From Eubacteriales bacterium (lineage in GTDB: Bacteria > Bacillota > Clostridia > Oscillospirales > CAG-272), in the NCBI GenBank assembly GCA_045537015.1, contig JAZSOQ010000007.1, forward strand, positions 1 to 55,428: a stretch of 55,428 bases of DNA. Reading direction: 5' to 3'. Both the position numbers and the translations under genes were made by a program. The stretch's first letter is position 1. Every line of letters begins with the position of its first letter. Shown piece after piece: positions 27,524-37,441 of the stretch. Under the pieces are notes generated by a model. That model was not told the DNA's origin and did not search any database. It saw nothing but the letters and a program-made list of their open reading frames with translations.

Positions 27524-28945
27524 TTACTTTGTAACTGCTGTTGCGGTCTGAACCGTTGTTGACGGAATGATAATGTTTTCCGCAATCGCCTTCATTATCT
27601 TGGCGCGGAGTACGTTTTCGGTCTCTCGTGCTTCCTCGGATGCGGCAAGGTTGAGCTGTTCTTCCTTATCGTTCTTGCGGTCGAAGAGCATATAGATCTC
27701 GCCCTTGTTGTTGACAAGCGCTTTCCATTCCTCGTCCATATACATGATCTCGCCCGAAAGCTCGCTGAGCACATAGTCGCGGGGCTTTTCGCAGCTTCCG
27801 TCAATGACCGAGCAGAGCGATTTGCCACACTGGGGATAATCGATCTCGCCGCCGCAAAGCTCGATGAGAGTGGGACCGACGTCGATGAGGCTGACAAGGG
27901 CATCGGTCTGAATTCCGCCTTTGGCGATAGTTTCGGGAGTGCGGATGACGAGCGGGATGTTGAGCGCACCGTCAAGGAATGTGCGCTTGTTGACGAATTC
28001 CTGGTCGCCGTTCATCTCGCCGTGGTCGGAGGTGAAGAGAACAACGGTGTTGTCCCATTCGCCGCGTGCCTTGATGACGTCAACGATCTTGCCGATCATT
28101 TCGTCGATAAGGGTGCAGTTTCCGCTGTAATTCACGCGGATCTCGGGGGCTTTATCGGGCGTGCAATGGATCTGCGGCTTGTGCATACGGAAGTCGGTTT
28201 CACCCTGCGGTCTGCCGGGATTTGCATTCTTCATTATGGGACGGGGCGCGGGCATATCTTCTTCCTTATACATCGAAGCATAGGGCTCGGGAACGTCCCA
28301 GGGCTCGTGAGGACCGCCGAAGCTGACGTGGCAGAACCAAGGCTTGTCGCCTTCGTAATTCTTCAAGTAATCAACGCCGCAGTTACCGACGTAAACGTCG
28401 TAGTATTCTTCAAGCGGCAGGGGAGAGGGCTTGGCGAAGGGAGTTTTTCCGCGCTCTTTGAGATCCTTTTTGAATGCCTCAAGCAGACCTTTTTTTGCCC
28501 AGCGCTCGGTCATATATGTTCTTGATTTGCAGCAAGCGTGGGGGCCTGTGATCTCGTCAACGGTATCAAAGCCGTAGAGGTTAAGCATAGGCTCGCGTGC
28601 GATAAAGTCGCCGCTACCGCCGTGGATATGTGTCTTTCCGAAAAGGGAGGTGGCATAGCCGAGGGCTCGGAGCTGCTTTGACCAGATATTTGCATCGGGT
28701 GAGAGGATGAACGCCTGATTATCCCAAGCGCCCGTTGTATGGGCATATTTACCGGAGAAAAGTCCTATTCTCGCGGGAACGCAGAGGGGCGCGCAGGTGG
28801 AGCACTGCGTGAAAACGACGCCCTCGCTTGCGATAGCGTCAAGATTTGGGGTCTTCGCGGGACCCCCGACACAGCTCATCCAGTCGCCGCGGAATTGGTC
28901 AGCCATTATGAAAAGTACGTTGGGTTGTCTTTTTTCGTTGCTCAT
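27524..28945 (-). CDS. Cys-type sulfatase (choline-sulfatase-like)
   Basis: PNVLFIMADQ, CVPAR (CxPxR), GKTH, FTSDHGE. Confidence 0.9.
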   Translation of the reverse strand: MSNEKRQPNVLFIMADQFRGDWMSCVGGPAKTPNLDAIASEGVVFTQCSTCAPLCVPARIGLFSGKYAHTTGAWDNQAFILSPDANIWSKQLRALGYATSLFGKTHIHGGSGDFIAREPMLNLYGFDTVDEITGPHACCKSRTYMTERWAKKGLLEAFKKDLKERGKTPFAKPSPLPLEEYYDVYVGNCGVDYLKNYEGDKPWFCHVSFGGPHEPWDVPEPYASMYKEEDMPAPRPIMKNANPGRPQGETDFRMHKPQIHCTPDKAPEIRVNYSGNCTLIDEMIGKIVDVIKARGEWDNTVVLFTSDHGEMNGDQEFVNKRTFLDGALNIPLVIRTPETIAKGGIQTDALVSLIDVGPTLIELCGGEIDYPQCGKSLCSVIDGSCEKPRDYVLSELSGEIMYMDEEWKALVNNKGEIYMLFDRKNDKEEQLNLAASEEARETENVLRAKIMKAIAENIIIPSTTVQTATAVTK

Positions 28946-29019
28946 TTTTGCCTCCGTGAGGTTTTCATTGGATATATTATACCATATTTTCCACGCAGAG
29001 TCAATGGTTGCGTACGCAA

Positions 29020-30495
29020 CTATTTCAAAATTCCCGTGATGATTTCGGGAATTGCCCGTGCGGTATCGGATGCGGTCATACTGATGGGATTGGTTTTTGA
29101 TTCGGCAAGCTCGCCTGCGGCACCGTTGACGTAAGCGGCGAGGGCGGTGGCTTCGAGGGCTGAGGGGACATATGCGGCGGTCGCGGCAAGGATGCCGGAA
29201 AGGACGTCACCGCTTCCCGCTGTCGCCATTCCCGCGCATCCGCGGTCGATGATGTAGACCGTTTCGCCGTCGGTGACGATCGTTGACGGACCTTTGAGAA
29301 GCAAAGTGCAGTTATATTCCTTGGCAAAAGCCTTGGCGTGATCGATAGGGGCGGAGAGAATTTCGCTGATCGACAGCCCGCTGATGCGGGAAAATTCCAT
29401 ATTGTGAGGGGTCAGAATGAGCTCACAAGCTGCGCTTTTGATCGCATCCGAGCCGAGGCGCGAGAGCGCGGTGAGTCCGTCCGCATCGACGATCAGTCTG
29501 CCCTTATAATTATTAAGAAGGTAGGAAAGTGCCTTTTCGGTCTCACCCGAAAGACCGATGCCCATTCCGAAGGCGATGGTCTTGACTCTCGAAGCAAGCG
29601 CTGAAAGCTCGGATTCATTGAAAACTATCTCGCCGCCATTGTCCGAGAGGGGATAGATCGTCGCTTCGAGGATGTTTGGAATGATGTAAGGTGAGATCGA
29701 ATCGGGGACGGCGAGCATAGCGACACCCGCGCCAGCGCGCATAGCGGCGTTTGCCATAGCGGCAAGGCGGATGGCTCCGCTGTATTTCTTCGAGCCGCCG
29801 ATGAGGGCGACGTAGCCGTAGGTCGATTTGTTTGAAAAATTCTTGCGTTCGGGCAGAGATGACGGCTCGTAGAGATAATAGGGCTCGTCGATAGGCTTGA
29901 TGCCGATGTCGAGGTTGATCTTATCCCCTATGACGTCCTTTGCCTTGTTCAGAAAATGTCCCGGTTTGAATGAGCCGATCGAGCAGGTGAGGTCGGAATT
30001 TGCAATAGTCTCGCCCATACCCGTGTCGCCGTTCATACCGCTGTTGATGTCCACGGAAACCTTGTAGGCGGAGGAAGAGTTATAGTTTTCGATAACCGTT
30101 TTCGCAAGTCCGCGCGCCTCGCCTTTGAATCCCGTGCCGAAGATGCAGTCAACGAGGGTGGAGAAGCGCGAAAGATCGGTGTTGTCCGTGCAAATCTCAT
30201 AAGGAATATTTTCCTCGGCACATTTATCAAAATAGAATCTGCCGTCGGGAGAGAATCGTTCCTCAAGGAGAAGGAGCGTGCATTCGATGCCTTGCTTTTG
30301 GAGTTCAAGCGCAATGACATAGCCGTCGCCCGCGTTGTTACCGACACCGCAAACGATGCCCACGGGCGCGCGCCATCCCACCGAATCGGCAACTGCCTTT
30401 CCCGCGCGGTACATAAGCTGGGGGCTCGGCACCTCGGTCGCGATAGTGTGCGCGTCGCTTTGACGCATATTTTCTACCGATAGGATCTTTTTCAT
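29020..30495 (-). CDS. nnr: Bifunctional NAD(P)HX epimerase/dehydratase
   Basis: GNNAGDG, DCIFGTG, VDADGL, LTPH, AGSGDVLSG. Confidence 0.92.
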   Translation of the reverse strand: MKKILSVENMRQSDAHTIATEVPSPQLMYRAGKAVADSVGWRAPVGIVCGVGNNAGDGYVIALELQKQGIECTLLLLEERFSPDGRFYFDKCAEENIPYEICTDNTDLSRFSTLVDCIFGTGFKGEARGLAKTVIENYNSSSAYKVSVDINSGMNGDTGMGETIANSDLTCSIGSFKPGHFLNKAKDVIGDKINLDIGIKPIDEPYYLYEPSSLPERKNFSNKSTYGYVALIGGSKKYSGAIRLAAMANAAMRAGAGVAMLAVPDSISPYIIPNILEATIYPLSDNGGEIVFNESELSALASRVKTIAFGMGIGLSGETEKALSYLLNNYKGRLIVDADGLTALSRLGSDAIKSAACELILTPHNMEFSRISGLSISEILSAPIDHAKAFAKEYNCTLLLKGPSTIVTDGETVYIIDRGCAGMATAGSGDVLSGILAATAAYVPSALEATALAAYVNGAAGELAESKTNPISMTASDTARAIPEIITGILK

Positions 30496-30694
30496 GTTTT
30501 CACCTTTTATAATACAGTATATTCCATATTATATCACATTTTTTGTATAATGTAAATAAAAATGGAGCCGTTGCTTTGTGAAAATGGCAGAAAATGTTAT
30601 TGTAGGATAAAAAGTGTTGACAAGATAATATTTTGTGTGATACAATAAAACCACGGGAATATTTTTCCGAATAAATGAAAAGGAGATCTCGAAA

Positions 30695-31861
30695 ATGAAG
30701 AAGATCAAAAAATATATGTTGACCTTGTTAGTTATGTGTGCGGTATTATTGGTTTATCCGCTTATGATCTCCTCATGCAGTACAATAATTGACGGTTCAG
30801 GAGTGGATTCCACAGAGACAGTAAGCGAAAATATTACTCACTTTCCCGAAACTGAGCCCATTCTTCCGGAAACAACAATAAACAGTAGTGTCAAACCGCA
30901 CATAAAAGTTCCCTTGGTGTATGAAGAAACTTCAAAAGGTATTCGCTTTAAGGTGGAATTCTCTTTTGAAGAATATGCCATTCCCGATGCCGAACCGCTA
31001 CGCATAAGGGTGGCGATCTACTATACTAATCTGTCAAATAAAACTATATATTTTGATGCCGGACGACCGTCTGCTTCGGGTGTTTTTGAAAGAAATGACG
31101 GAGTATGTGTATATCCAAAAGAGTCTGATATGCACGGTATATTTGAAAAGGATAAAGAATACGGCGTAACGATTTCTCCGCACGATAAGCATATCGATGA
31201 TGTTTATTTTTCCGTGCAAGATTTTTTTAATCTTGAAAACACCTACACGTTTTCGGTTGAAGTGGAAACGGATCAAGCAAAGACTTGCGGAGTTACAATA
31301 CCTATAGAAATTTTTGAAAAAGAGGTGAAACCAGATTTTTATCAAGGCGAGTGGTATCTTTCCGATTGGGGCTACAGATTGAAGTATCGCGAAGAAAACG
31401 ACGATATGTTTGTTAAACTTCCCGTTTTGTATGAGGAAGCCACAGAAGGTGCATACTTTAAGGTGGAATTTTTCCGCGAAACCTATGCTTTGAATTCGTA
31501 CATCCAATGCCGTGTAACAGTTACCAATAATACGGGAAGCGATGTTAATGTATATCGAAAAAGTATGTTTAATCACGGCGGATTCATAATGGATTCGCAG
31601 CGCGAGGTAATGCTCCCTTACAGTAATTGTAAAGATAGGCACGGCTTCTATGAATCTGTATCCGGCGGGTATATGAGTATTGCGAACGGAGACACTTATG
31701 TTATCGAATCCGTATTTCTTGCAACAGAAAGTTTTTTTGAGGAAGGACACGAGTTTTCTTTCCTTGTTGAATGCAGCCCGATGTTTGCAAACGGTGAACG
31801 GAAAACTTACAGTATAACGATTCCGGTTGAATTGTGCTCTTCAAAAGCTGAATCTACTTAA
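30695..31861 (+). CDS. Secreted/lipo-protein with internal duplicated domain (AT-rich)
   Basis: Signal peptide (ISSC); VPLVYEETSKGIRFKVEF / LPVLYEEATEGAYFKVEF; own promoter at 30617-30646. Confidence 0.75.
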   Translation: MKKIKKYMLTLLVMCAVLLVYPLMISSCSTIIDGSGVDSTETVSENITHFPETEPILPETTINSSVKPHIKVPLVYEETSKGIRFKVEFSFEEYAIPDAEPLRIRVAIYYTNLSNKTIYFDAGRPSASGVFERNDGVCVYPKESDMHGIFEKDKEYGVTISPHDKHIDDVYFSVQDFFNLENTYTFSVEVETDQAKTCGVTIPIEIFEKEVKPDFYQGEWYLSDWGYRLKYREENDDMFVKLPVLYEEATEGAYFKVEFFRETYALNSYIQCRVTVTNNTGSDVNVYRKSMFNHGGFIMDSQREVMLPYSNCKDRHGFYESVSGGYMSIANGDTYVIESVFLATESFFEEGHEFSFLVECSPMFANGERKTYSITIPVELCSSKAEST

Positions 31862-31869
31862 TTAAAGTA

Positions 31870-31902
31870 AATCGCCCCGCCGATTTTTCGGCGGGGCGAT
31901 TC
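31870..31902. terminator. Bidirectional terminator
   Basis: aatcgccccgccga-tttt-tcggcggggcgatt. Confidence 0.7.
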
Positions 31903-31909
31903 GTATAAA

Positions 31910-32704
31910 TTATTTCTCAAATCCCAACTGCTTGAACACGCTGGGGGTGACGTTGCTCTTTGCCTTGCCTGCGGCTACGAGTTCTTCGTAGTTATCGACG
32001 TGGTGGGGGCAATGGTCCTTGTATTCGTAGCCGGGGGTGATGGGTGCTGCCCAGTAAACGGCGTTGGTGATGATGCGCTGAACGTAAGGGTTATGGAAGG
32101 AGGGGCAGGTCTCGTGGCCGGGCTGGAAGTAGAAGATCTTGCCCGCGTCGCGGAGGTAGGTCATACCCGAACGGAAGATGTAGCCGTCCTCATACCAACC
32201 GCCGAAGATGAGCTCGTTCGGCTGAGGAACGAAGAAGGGCTCTGCATAAAGCTCCTCGGATTCGATGAAGAACTTGTCGGGGATTCCCGCTGCGATTGGA
32301 TGAGTGGGAAGCATATTCCACATGATCTCTCTTTGGTTGCGACCCCAGGTGAGGTTGCCCATTGTGCCGACGATCGCGCGGAAGGGTTTGGAGTGATGCG
32401 CGGAATGGAGCGCGATGAAGCCCATCTTGCCCATATATACGCGGCGCTGGATCTTGGTCACGAGGGCGTCGTTTACCTCTCCGTGAGCCATGTGACCCCA
32501 CCAGATGAGAACGTCGGTGTTGTTGAGCACCTCATCGGGCAGACCCTGATCGGGGTCGTCGAGCGCGGCAAGAGTTACCTCGATGTCATCGTTCTTTGAA
32601 AGAAATTCGCCAATGGTGGCGTGCAGACCGTTCGGATAGATAGCCTTGCAGGTCTCGTTGGTCTTTTCGTGTCTGAATTCATTCCAGATAGTTACTCTGA
32701 TCAT
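31910..32704 (-). CDS. thuA: ThuA-like (trehalose utilization) protein
   Basis: VTIWNEFRHE..IYPNG, DVLIWWGHMAH, LHSAHHSK, YFQPGHET. Confidence 0.88.
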   Translation of the reverse strand: MIRVTIWNEFRHEKTNETCKAIYPNGLHATIGEFLSKNDDIEVTLAALDDPDQGLPDEVLNNTDVLIWWGHMAHGEVNDALVTKIQRRVYMGKMGFIALHSAHHSKPFRAIVGTMGNLTWGRNQREIMWNMLPTHPIAAGIPDKFFIESEELYAEPFFVPQPNELIFGGWYEDGYIFRSGMTYLRDAGKIFYFQPGHETCPSFHNPYVQRIITNAVYWAAPITPGYEYKDHCPHHVDNYEELVAAGKAKSNVTPSVFKQLGFEK

Positions 32705-32902
32705 GGTATGTACTCCTTAAATTATATTTCATTGGCTCTGTCATTTAATATGACTGATTTTTAACACTTTTTGTAGAGGAGAGTATTTTCTCTCCTCTAC
32801 TCGACATATTGGAATTTATCGATTAGATAACTGCACAAAGCAATTATACCATAATTTTTCAAAAAGTAAATATAATAGCTCCATTATCAAATTGGAGTCC
32901 TA

Positions 32903-33601
32903 TTACCAATTGGTGCTCAAGTCATATTCAACGCAAACTTTGTCAAGCAAGGATGCAAACTCATCACTGCAAAGTAATAATTTTGATATATAAACATCAT
33001 CTTTTATTTCTATATAATACTTATCACCGTTCTTTAGAATGTTTGCAACAAAACTGAGGCTACTATATTCTTTCAATGTAAAATGCAAACTTAAATAATT
33101 TAATTCACTGTCATGCAAAAAAGGTTCACCATAGAAATCCCGATCAGCATAATTGGGCGAATCCGAAAGAATATCGTTTGCAAGTTGCTCTGCAATAGCA
33201 TAGTCTATCGGACACACTTCTTGAACAACTATGGTTTGTCCGTATGTAGTCCAAGCCTTATCGTCAGTATTGTCAATTCCTCTTTTGCTAATAATAAGCT
33301 TAGCGGATGATACATCAAACTCCCATTTTCCTTCATTATCTTTGTGTTGCAGAAGACGGGGATAAAAAGTGACGCCGATTCCGTTTTCCCTCCATTTGCA
33401 CGCAATATATTGATCGGTAGGGACACCTTCAATTTCATAATATATTATGCTGGGAAATTCCGAGTCTATTTTATGGGCTTCATTCCACACAATATTGCAA
33501 CTCATCGCATAATATTCAGATATATCAGGCTTTCCGCAAGAAGAAAAACACAATAATATGGTTATACAACATAGAAATACAACAAATAATTTATTTTTCA
33601 T
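32903..33601 (-). CDS. Hypothetical lipoprotein, IS passenger
   Basis: FSSC lipobox, RBS AGGAAGGAAG, lies inside the IS ends. Confidence 0.75.
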   Translation of the reverse strand: MKNKLFVVFLCCITILLCFSSCGKPDISEYYAMSCNIVWNEAHKIDSEFPSIIYYEIEGVPTDQYIACKWRENGIGVTFYPRLLQHKDNEGKWEFDVSSAKLIISKRGIDNTDDKAWTTYGQTIVVQEVCPIDYAIAEQLANDILSDSPNYADRDFYGEPFLHDSELNYLSLHFTLKEYSSLSFVANILKNGDKYYIEIKDDVYISKLLLCSDEFASLLDKVCVEYDLSTNW

Positions 33602-33633
33602 ATTGCTTCCTTCCTTGTTTTACAAATTCAAGT

Positions 33634-34671
33634 TTATGCAACTAACGGAAGAGCAGGACGATCTGACAAACTGCTGTTCCGATCAGTTTTTAATGTAGTT
33701 AACACATAGCTTAATAAGATAGCACGCTTCTCAACGTTACTTTCCTTGGCGTAGTTAACAAAGTTATGCCAAATAAGGTAGTTGTTCAGATACTTTGTAG
33801 ATACGCCGTTAAAACTCTTCATAAAGCGTTTGAGTTGGCTATGATAGCTATTTATGTGTTGAATATTATAAATGCCTTTCTTGGCTTTGCCCGTCTTTAA
33901 CTGCACTAACTCAATACCGTTTGCATTAGAAAAACGTACGTAAGAGTTCATTTTATCGGTTACAAGCGTTGCGGACGGATCTATGCGACCATCATAAATC
34001 TCGTGGAGATCCTTGGTCGATACTCTTCCCGTATTAGAAACTTTGGCAATTGACATACCGCTTCTATTTACCGCACAAGGTACGCAAACCTTCTCGCTCG
34101 ACAAACCACGTACATGCGTTGAATTGCCTCTTTTGTGCGGCTCGCGAGGCATTGTAAACTTCTTGCTCTTTTTATGGTTGCCTTTATAAGATATGGTGAA
34201 AAAGGTTTCATCAGCCTCGACAATGCCATCAAGGATTACATCGTTAGCCATGTTTTGAAGGGCATCCAAAATCTTGTGTCGCCAAGCAAATGCTGTATTT
34301 CTATGAATACCACATTCTTCTGCAGCTTTGCGAACGGAAAAGCCGTTCAGCATGCAATCAACGTACTTAATCCATACGTTAAGGTCTTTACGTGTTCCAG
34401 ACACGATGGAATTGGTTGTAATAACAAACGATTTGCCACAATCTTTACAGATATACTTTTGAGTACCGTCTTTTCTTTTGCCGTTGCGAACAACGTGAGT
34501 AGCACCACAAACAGGGCAAACGCTACCATTAGCAAACCTTTCTTTTGTAACAAACTCTTCGATACTTATGGATTTTGTAAAAGTTTTGCTAAAAAGGATT
34601 GTTTTAAGACGCTCTTGATCAGCGGGGCTTAACTTATCGATTTTATCTAAAATATCTTTAATAGCAGACAT
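33634..34671 (-). CDS. IS1595-family transposase
   Basis: Zn ribbon CPVCG..CKDCG, HTH, EADET, VTDK, QHINSYHSQLK, GVSTKYLNNY. Confidence 0.93.
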   Translation of the reverse strand: MSAIKDILDKIDKLSPADQERLKTILFSKTFTKSISIEEFVTKERFANGSVCPVCGATHVVRNGKRKDGTQKYICKDCGKSFVITTNSIVSGTRKDLNVWIKYVDCMLNGFSVRKAAEECGIHRNTAFAWRHKILDALQNMANDVILDGIVEADETFFTISYKGNHKKSKKFTMPREPHKRGNSTHVRGLSSEKVCVPCAVNRSGMSIAKVSNTGRVSTKDLHEIYDGRIDPSATLVTDKMNSYVRFSNANGIELVQLKTGKAKKGIYNIQHINSYHSQLKRFMKSFNGVSTKYLNNYLIWHNFVNYAKESNVEKRAILLSYVLTTLKTDRNSSLSDRPALPLVA

Positions 34672-34916
34672 TGAAATCAACTCCTATGTTTTTATCTACT
34701 ATTATTATAGCATATTTTTATGAAAAAAATCAACCATTTAGTGTGACATAGCCATTTCATTTAACAATTAATAATAATCGTTTTTTCGGGGGCTTTGCCT
34801 CCGAAAAAACACCTTATAGACGAGCCGGGCGAGTCCGCGCGCCGAGGGGAGCTGCCAAAATCTTCGATTTTGGCAAGCGGCGATAAGCGCGCGTAAATCA
34901 AGTGTAAAACGAAGTT

Positions 34917-35702
34917 TTACACTTGGATCTTCAGCCCGTCATAAGCGGGAGTGACTCCGAAGGGAGCAAGACGCTCGGCGGTGTCCTCGTGAGTGGTGTG
35001 GAGGGTGCGCGCCATGTGAGTCGCGTAGTATTTGCAATCCTCGGCGGTAGCCTTTTGCGCGACGATCGACTCCATCATAATGCCGATCATTGCGATGTTG
35101 GTGTGACCGAAGATGCGTTCGTCGCCGGGAGCATAGCCCGTGGTGCACTCGAATATCATGGCGTTCGGCTTTGCTTTTTTGATCTTTTTGTAGGTCTCAT
35201 ACATCAGCCAGCCCGAATCCGAGCCGTAGAAGAAGGATCGCTCACCCTGCTTTACGATGTAATTGAGCGGGATCTCGCCCTCGGGCAGATCGCCGTGGTT
35301 GGCGTAGCAGGGAAGGATTTCGTATTCGCCGACGGTCTCGGGCTTTCCGGGAGTCATAAAATGGAAGGCGGGGAGAGTGTCGTCGGGTCTTGCCGCGGCA
35401 AGGAGCTTGTCATAAGCAGCCGGCTGTGCCCAAAAGCAGATGCCGCCATTCGATTCCTTGTTGAGCCTGATAAGCGTTTGTGCGTTGAAATGGTCCCCGT
35501 GCGAGTGCGTGAGGATGACGTTTTTCACGTTTTTGAAGAGATCGGGATTGCCGCGATCTTCGGCAAAATCATAGATGCAGGGACCCGGATCGATGAGAAG
35601 ATCGTCGTTTACGAGAGCCGAGGAGAGGCGGCGGTAGAGCGCCCCGCCCTTGTGCTTGGGCGACCAGTCAGCCGCGCCCGTGCCGAGAAAGAGAAGTTCC
35701 AT
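34917..35702 (-). CDS. Metallo-beta-lactamase-fold hydrolase (PhnP-like)
   Basis: FLGTGAAD, THSHGDH. Confidence 0.85.
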   Translation of the reverse strand: MELLFLGTGAADWSPKHKGGALYRRLSSALVNDDLLIDPGPCIYDFAEDRGNPDLFKNVKNVILTHSHGDHFNAQTLIRLNKESNGGICFWAQPAAYDKLLAAARPDDTLPAFHFMTPGKPETVGEYEILPCYANHGDLPEGEIPLNYIVKQGERSFFYGSDSGWLMYETYKKIKKAKPNAMIFECTTGYAPGDERIFGHTNIAMIGIMMESIVAQKATAEDCKYYATHMARTLHTTHEDTAERLAPFGVTPAYDGLKIQV

Positions 35703-35715
35703 ATGATAAACCTCC

Positions 35716-36414
35716 TTATTGCGGTTTGTCGTTATCCTGGATCATCTCAAAATTGCCCGAGCGGAGAATTTCGAGAAGCTGTTCGTTCGATGTGATGGGC
35801 TCGTCGGTCAGGATGCCGCCCGCGAAAGCTCCCTCAACGATCTTATGGAAGTCGCTTCCCGAGGTGCCGATCAGCCCGAAACGCTCTGCCCAGATGCGGG
35901 CGATGTCGTTGCGGCTGTCCTGCGAGGGGTTGCCGTTGAAGACCTCGATGCCGTCAAGCAGGGAGGGATTGACCATCTGCATAAAGTCGCGGAATGGGTG
36001 CGCCTGCAAAAAGAGGAATCCCGCCTCGCGTATCCTTGCCGAGACCTCGGCGGTGGGAACGTCGTAAAGATCATCATTGCGGCGAAGAAAATCCTCGTCA
36101 AGACCGTAGATGAGGTAGTCGTTTTCATCAAGATTCGAGCGGAGCTCGCAGCCGAAGATGATGTTGATCTTGTCGCCCGCCGCTTCCTTGAGCGCGTGGT
36201 AGCCCTTCATATAGTAGTCGACCTTTTCCTGCCAGGGAAGGGCGGAGAGGTCGCCCATGCGCTTGTTTTTGAATGTGAAGCGCGAAAAATGGTTGGTCAG
36301 CACGATGGTGTGGTAGCCGTGCTCGAGGTAAGCCTGCACTATCTCCTCGGGATAAGCCTTAGCACACGCCGATACGGGTGCAGAGTGACAGTGCAGTTCG
36401 GTTTTGAATTTCAT
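35716..36414 (-). CDS. PHP-domain phosphoesterase
   Basis: ELHCHS, LTNH, AHPFR, GSDFH. Confidence 0.88.
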   Translation of the reverse strand: MKFKTELHCHSAPVSACAKAYPEEIVQAYLEHGYHTIVLTNHFSRFTFKNKRMGDLSALPWQEKVDYYMKGYHALKEAAGDKINIIFGCELRSNLDENDYLIYGLDEDFLRRNDDLYDVPTAEVSARIREAGFLFLQAHPFRDFMQMVNPSLLDGIEVFNGNPSQDSRNDIARIWAERFGLIGTSGSDFHKIVEGAFAGGILTDEPITSNEQLLEILRSGNFEMIQDNDKPQ

Positions 36415-36589
36415 AGCGATGCCTTTCGATGTAGATAGTTTTACTTATATAATAATACTACATTTTCACGTTTTTTTCAAGTCTTTGAGTAATTTTTTGC
36501 AAAAACTTTTTTCAGTTATGAAATTTACTTGAATTTGGCTTAAATGTGTGATATAATAACATCAAATAAAACCTTACACGAGGTGAATT

Positions 36590-37426
36590 ATGGAAAAATT
36601 CAAGCTTTGTGCATTTGCCGACGAAGCTGACAAGATGATTTCGGGTCAGATCGCGGCTTTGCAGGGAAATTCAATGGATCTGATCGAGCTTCGCGGCATT
36701 GACGGCAAGAACGTTGCCGATATTACCGCCGACGAGGCGAAGGCACTCAGAAAAAGGCTCGACGGCGAGGGCATCGCGGTCTGGTCGATCGGCTCGCCCA
36801 TCGGAAAGGTCGATATAACCTCTCCCGCGCAGGATGAGCTCGACCGCTTCAAGAGAGTTCTTGAGACCGCCACTATCTGCGGCGCGGAAAATATTCGAAT
36901 GTTCAGCTTTTACAAGACCGATTCCTCGGCCGCTTGCTTCGACGAGATCTGCCGCCGTCTTGACGATATGATCAGCGCGGCGAAGGGCTCGGGCGTCGAT
37001 CTTTGCCACGAAAACGAAAAGGGGATCTATGGCGACATCGCTGAGCGTTGCTATAAGCTCCACGCGGCTCTGCCCGCTTTCAAGGGCGTTTTCGATCCCG
37101 CGAACTTCGTTCAGTGCGGCGAGGACACTCTTGTTGCTTGGGAGCTTTTGAAGCCTTACATCAAATACGCTCACATCAAGGATGCGGGCGAGGACGGCAA
37201 GGTCGTGCCTCCCGGCGCGGGAATCGGACATCTGCCCGAGCTTTTGCCGAGATTTTACGAGTCGGGCATCGAGGTTCTGACCCTTGAGCCGCATCTCAAA
37301 TCCTTTGTCGGACTTGCGGCGCTTGAGGGCGGAGATACGCACAACGTGGGCTCGTCCTTCAAGGATAACCGCGAAGCGTTCGACTTTGCGGTGAATACAC
37401 TTAAGAATCTTATTGAAAAGATATAA
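36590..37426 (+). CDS. Sugar phosphate isomerase/epimerase (TIM barrel)
   Basis: AFADE, GSPIGK, HENEKGIYG, FDPANF, HIKD, LEPHL. Confidence 0.85.
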   Translation: MEKFKLCAFADEADKMISGQIAALQGNSMDLIELRGIDGKNVADITADEAKALRKRLDGEGIAVWSIGSPIGKVDITSPAQDELDRFKRVLETATICGAENIRMFSFYKTDSSAACFDEICRRLDDMISAAKGSGVDLCHENEKGIYGDIAERCYKLHAALPAFKGVFDPANFVQCGEDTLVAWELLKPYIKYAHIKDAGEDGKVVPPGAGIGHLPELLPRFYESGIEVLTLEPHLKSFVGLAALEGGDTHNVGSSFKDNREAFDFAVNTLKNLIEKI

Positions 37427-37441
37427 ACGGAGGAAAGAAAA

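Larger units (their letters stand above)
32734..34753 (-). mobile_element. IS1595-family transporter IS (ISPna2-like) with passenger gene
   Basis: Imperfect terminal IRs GGCTCTGTCA.. / GGCTATGTCA..; perfect 8-bp flanking duplication ATTTCATT at 32726-32733 and 34754-34761; AT-rich. Confidence 0.88.
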
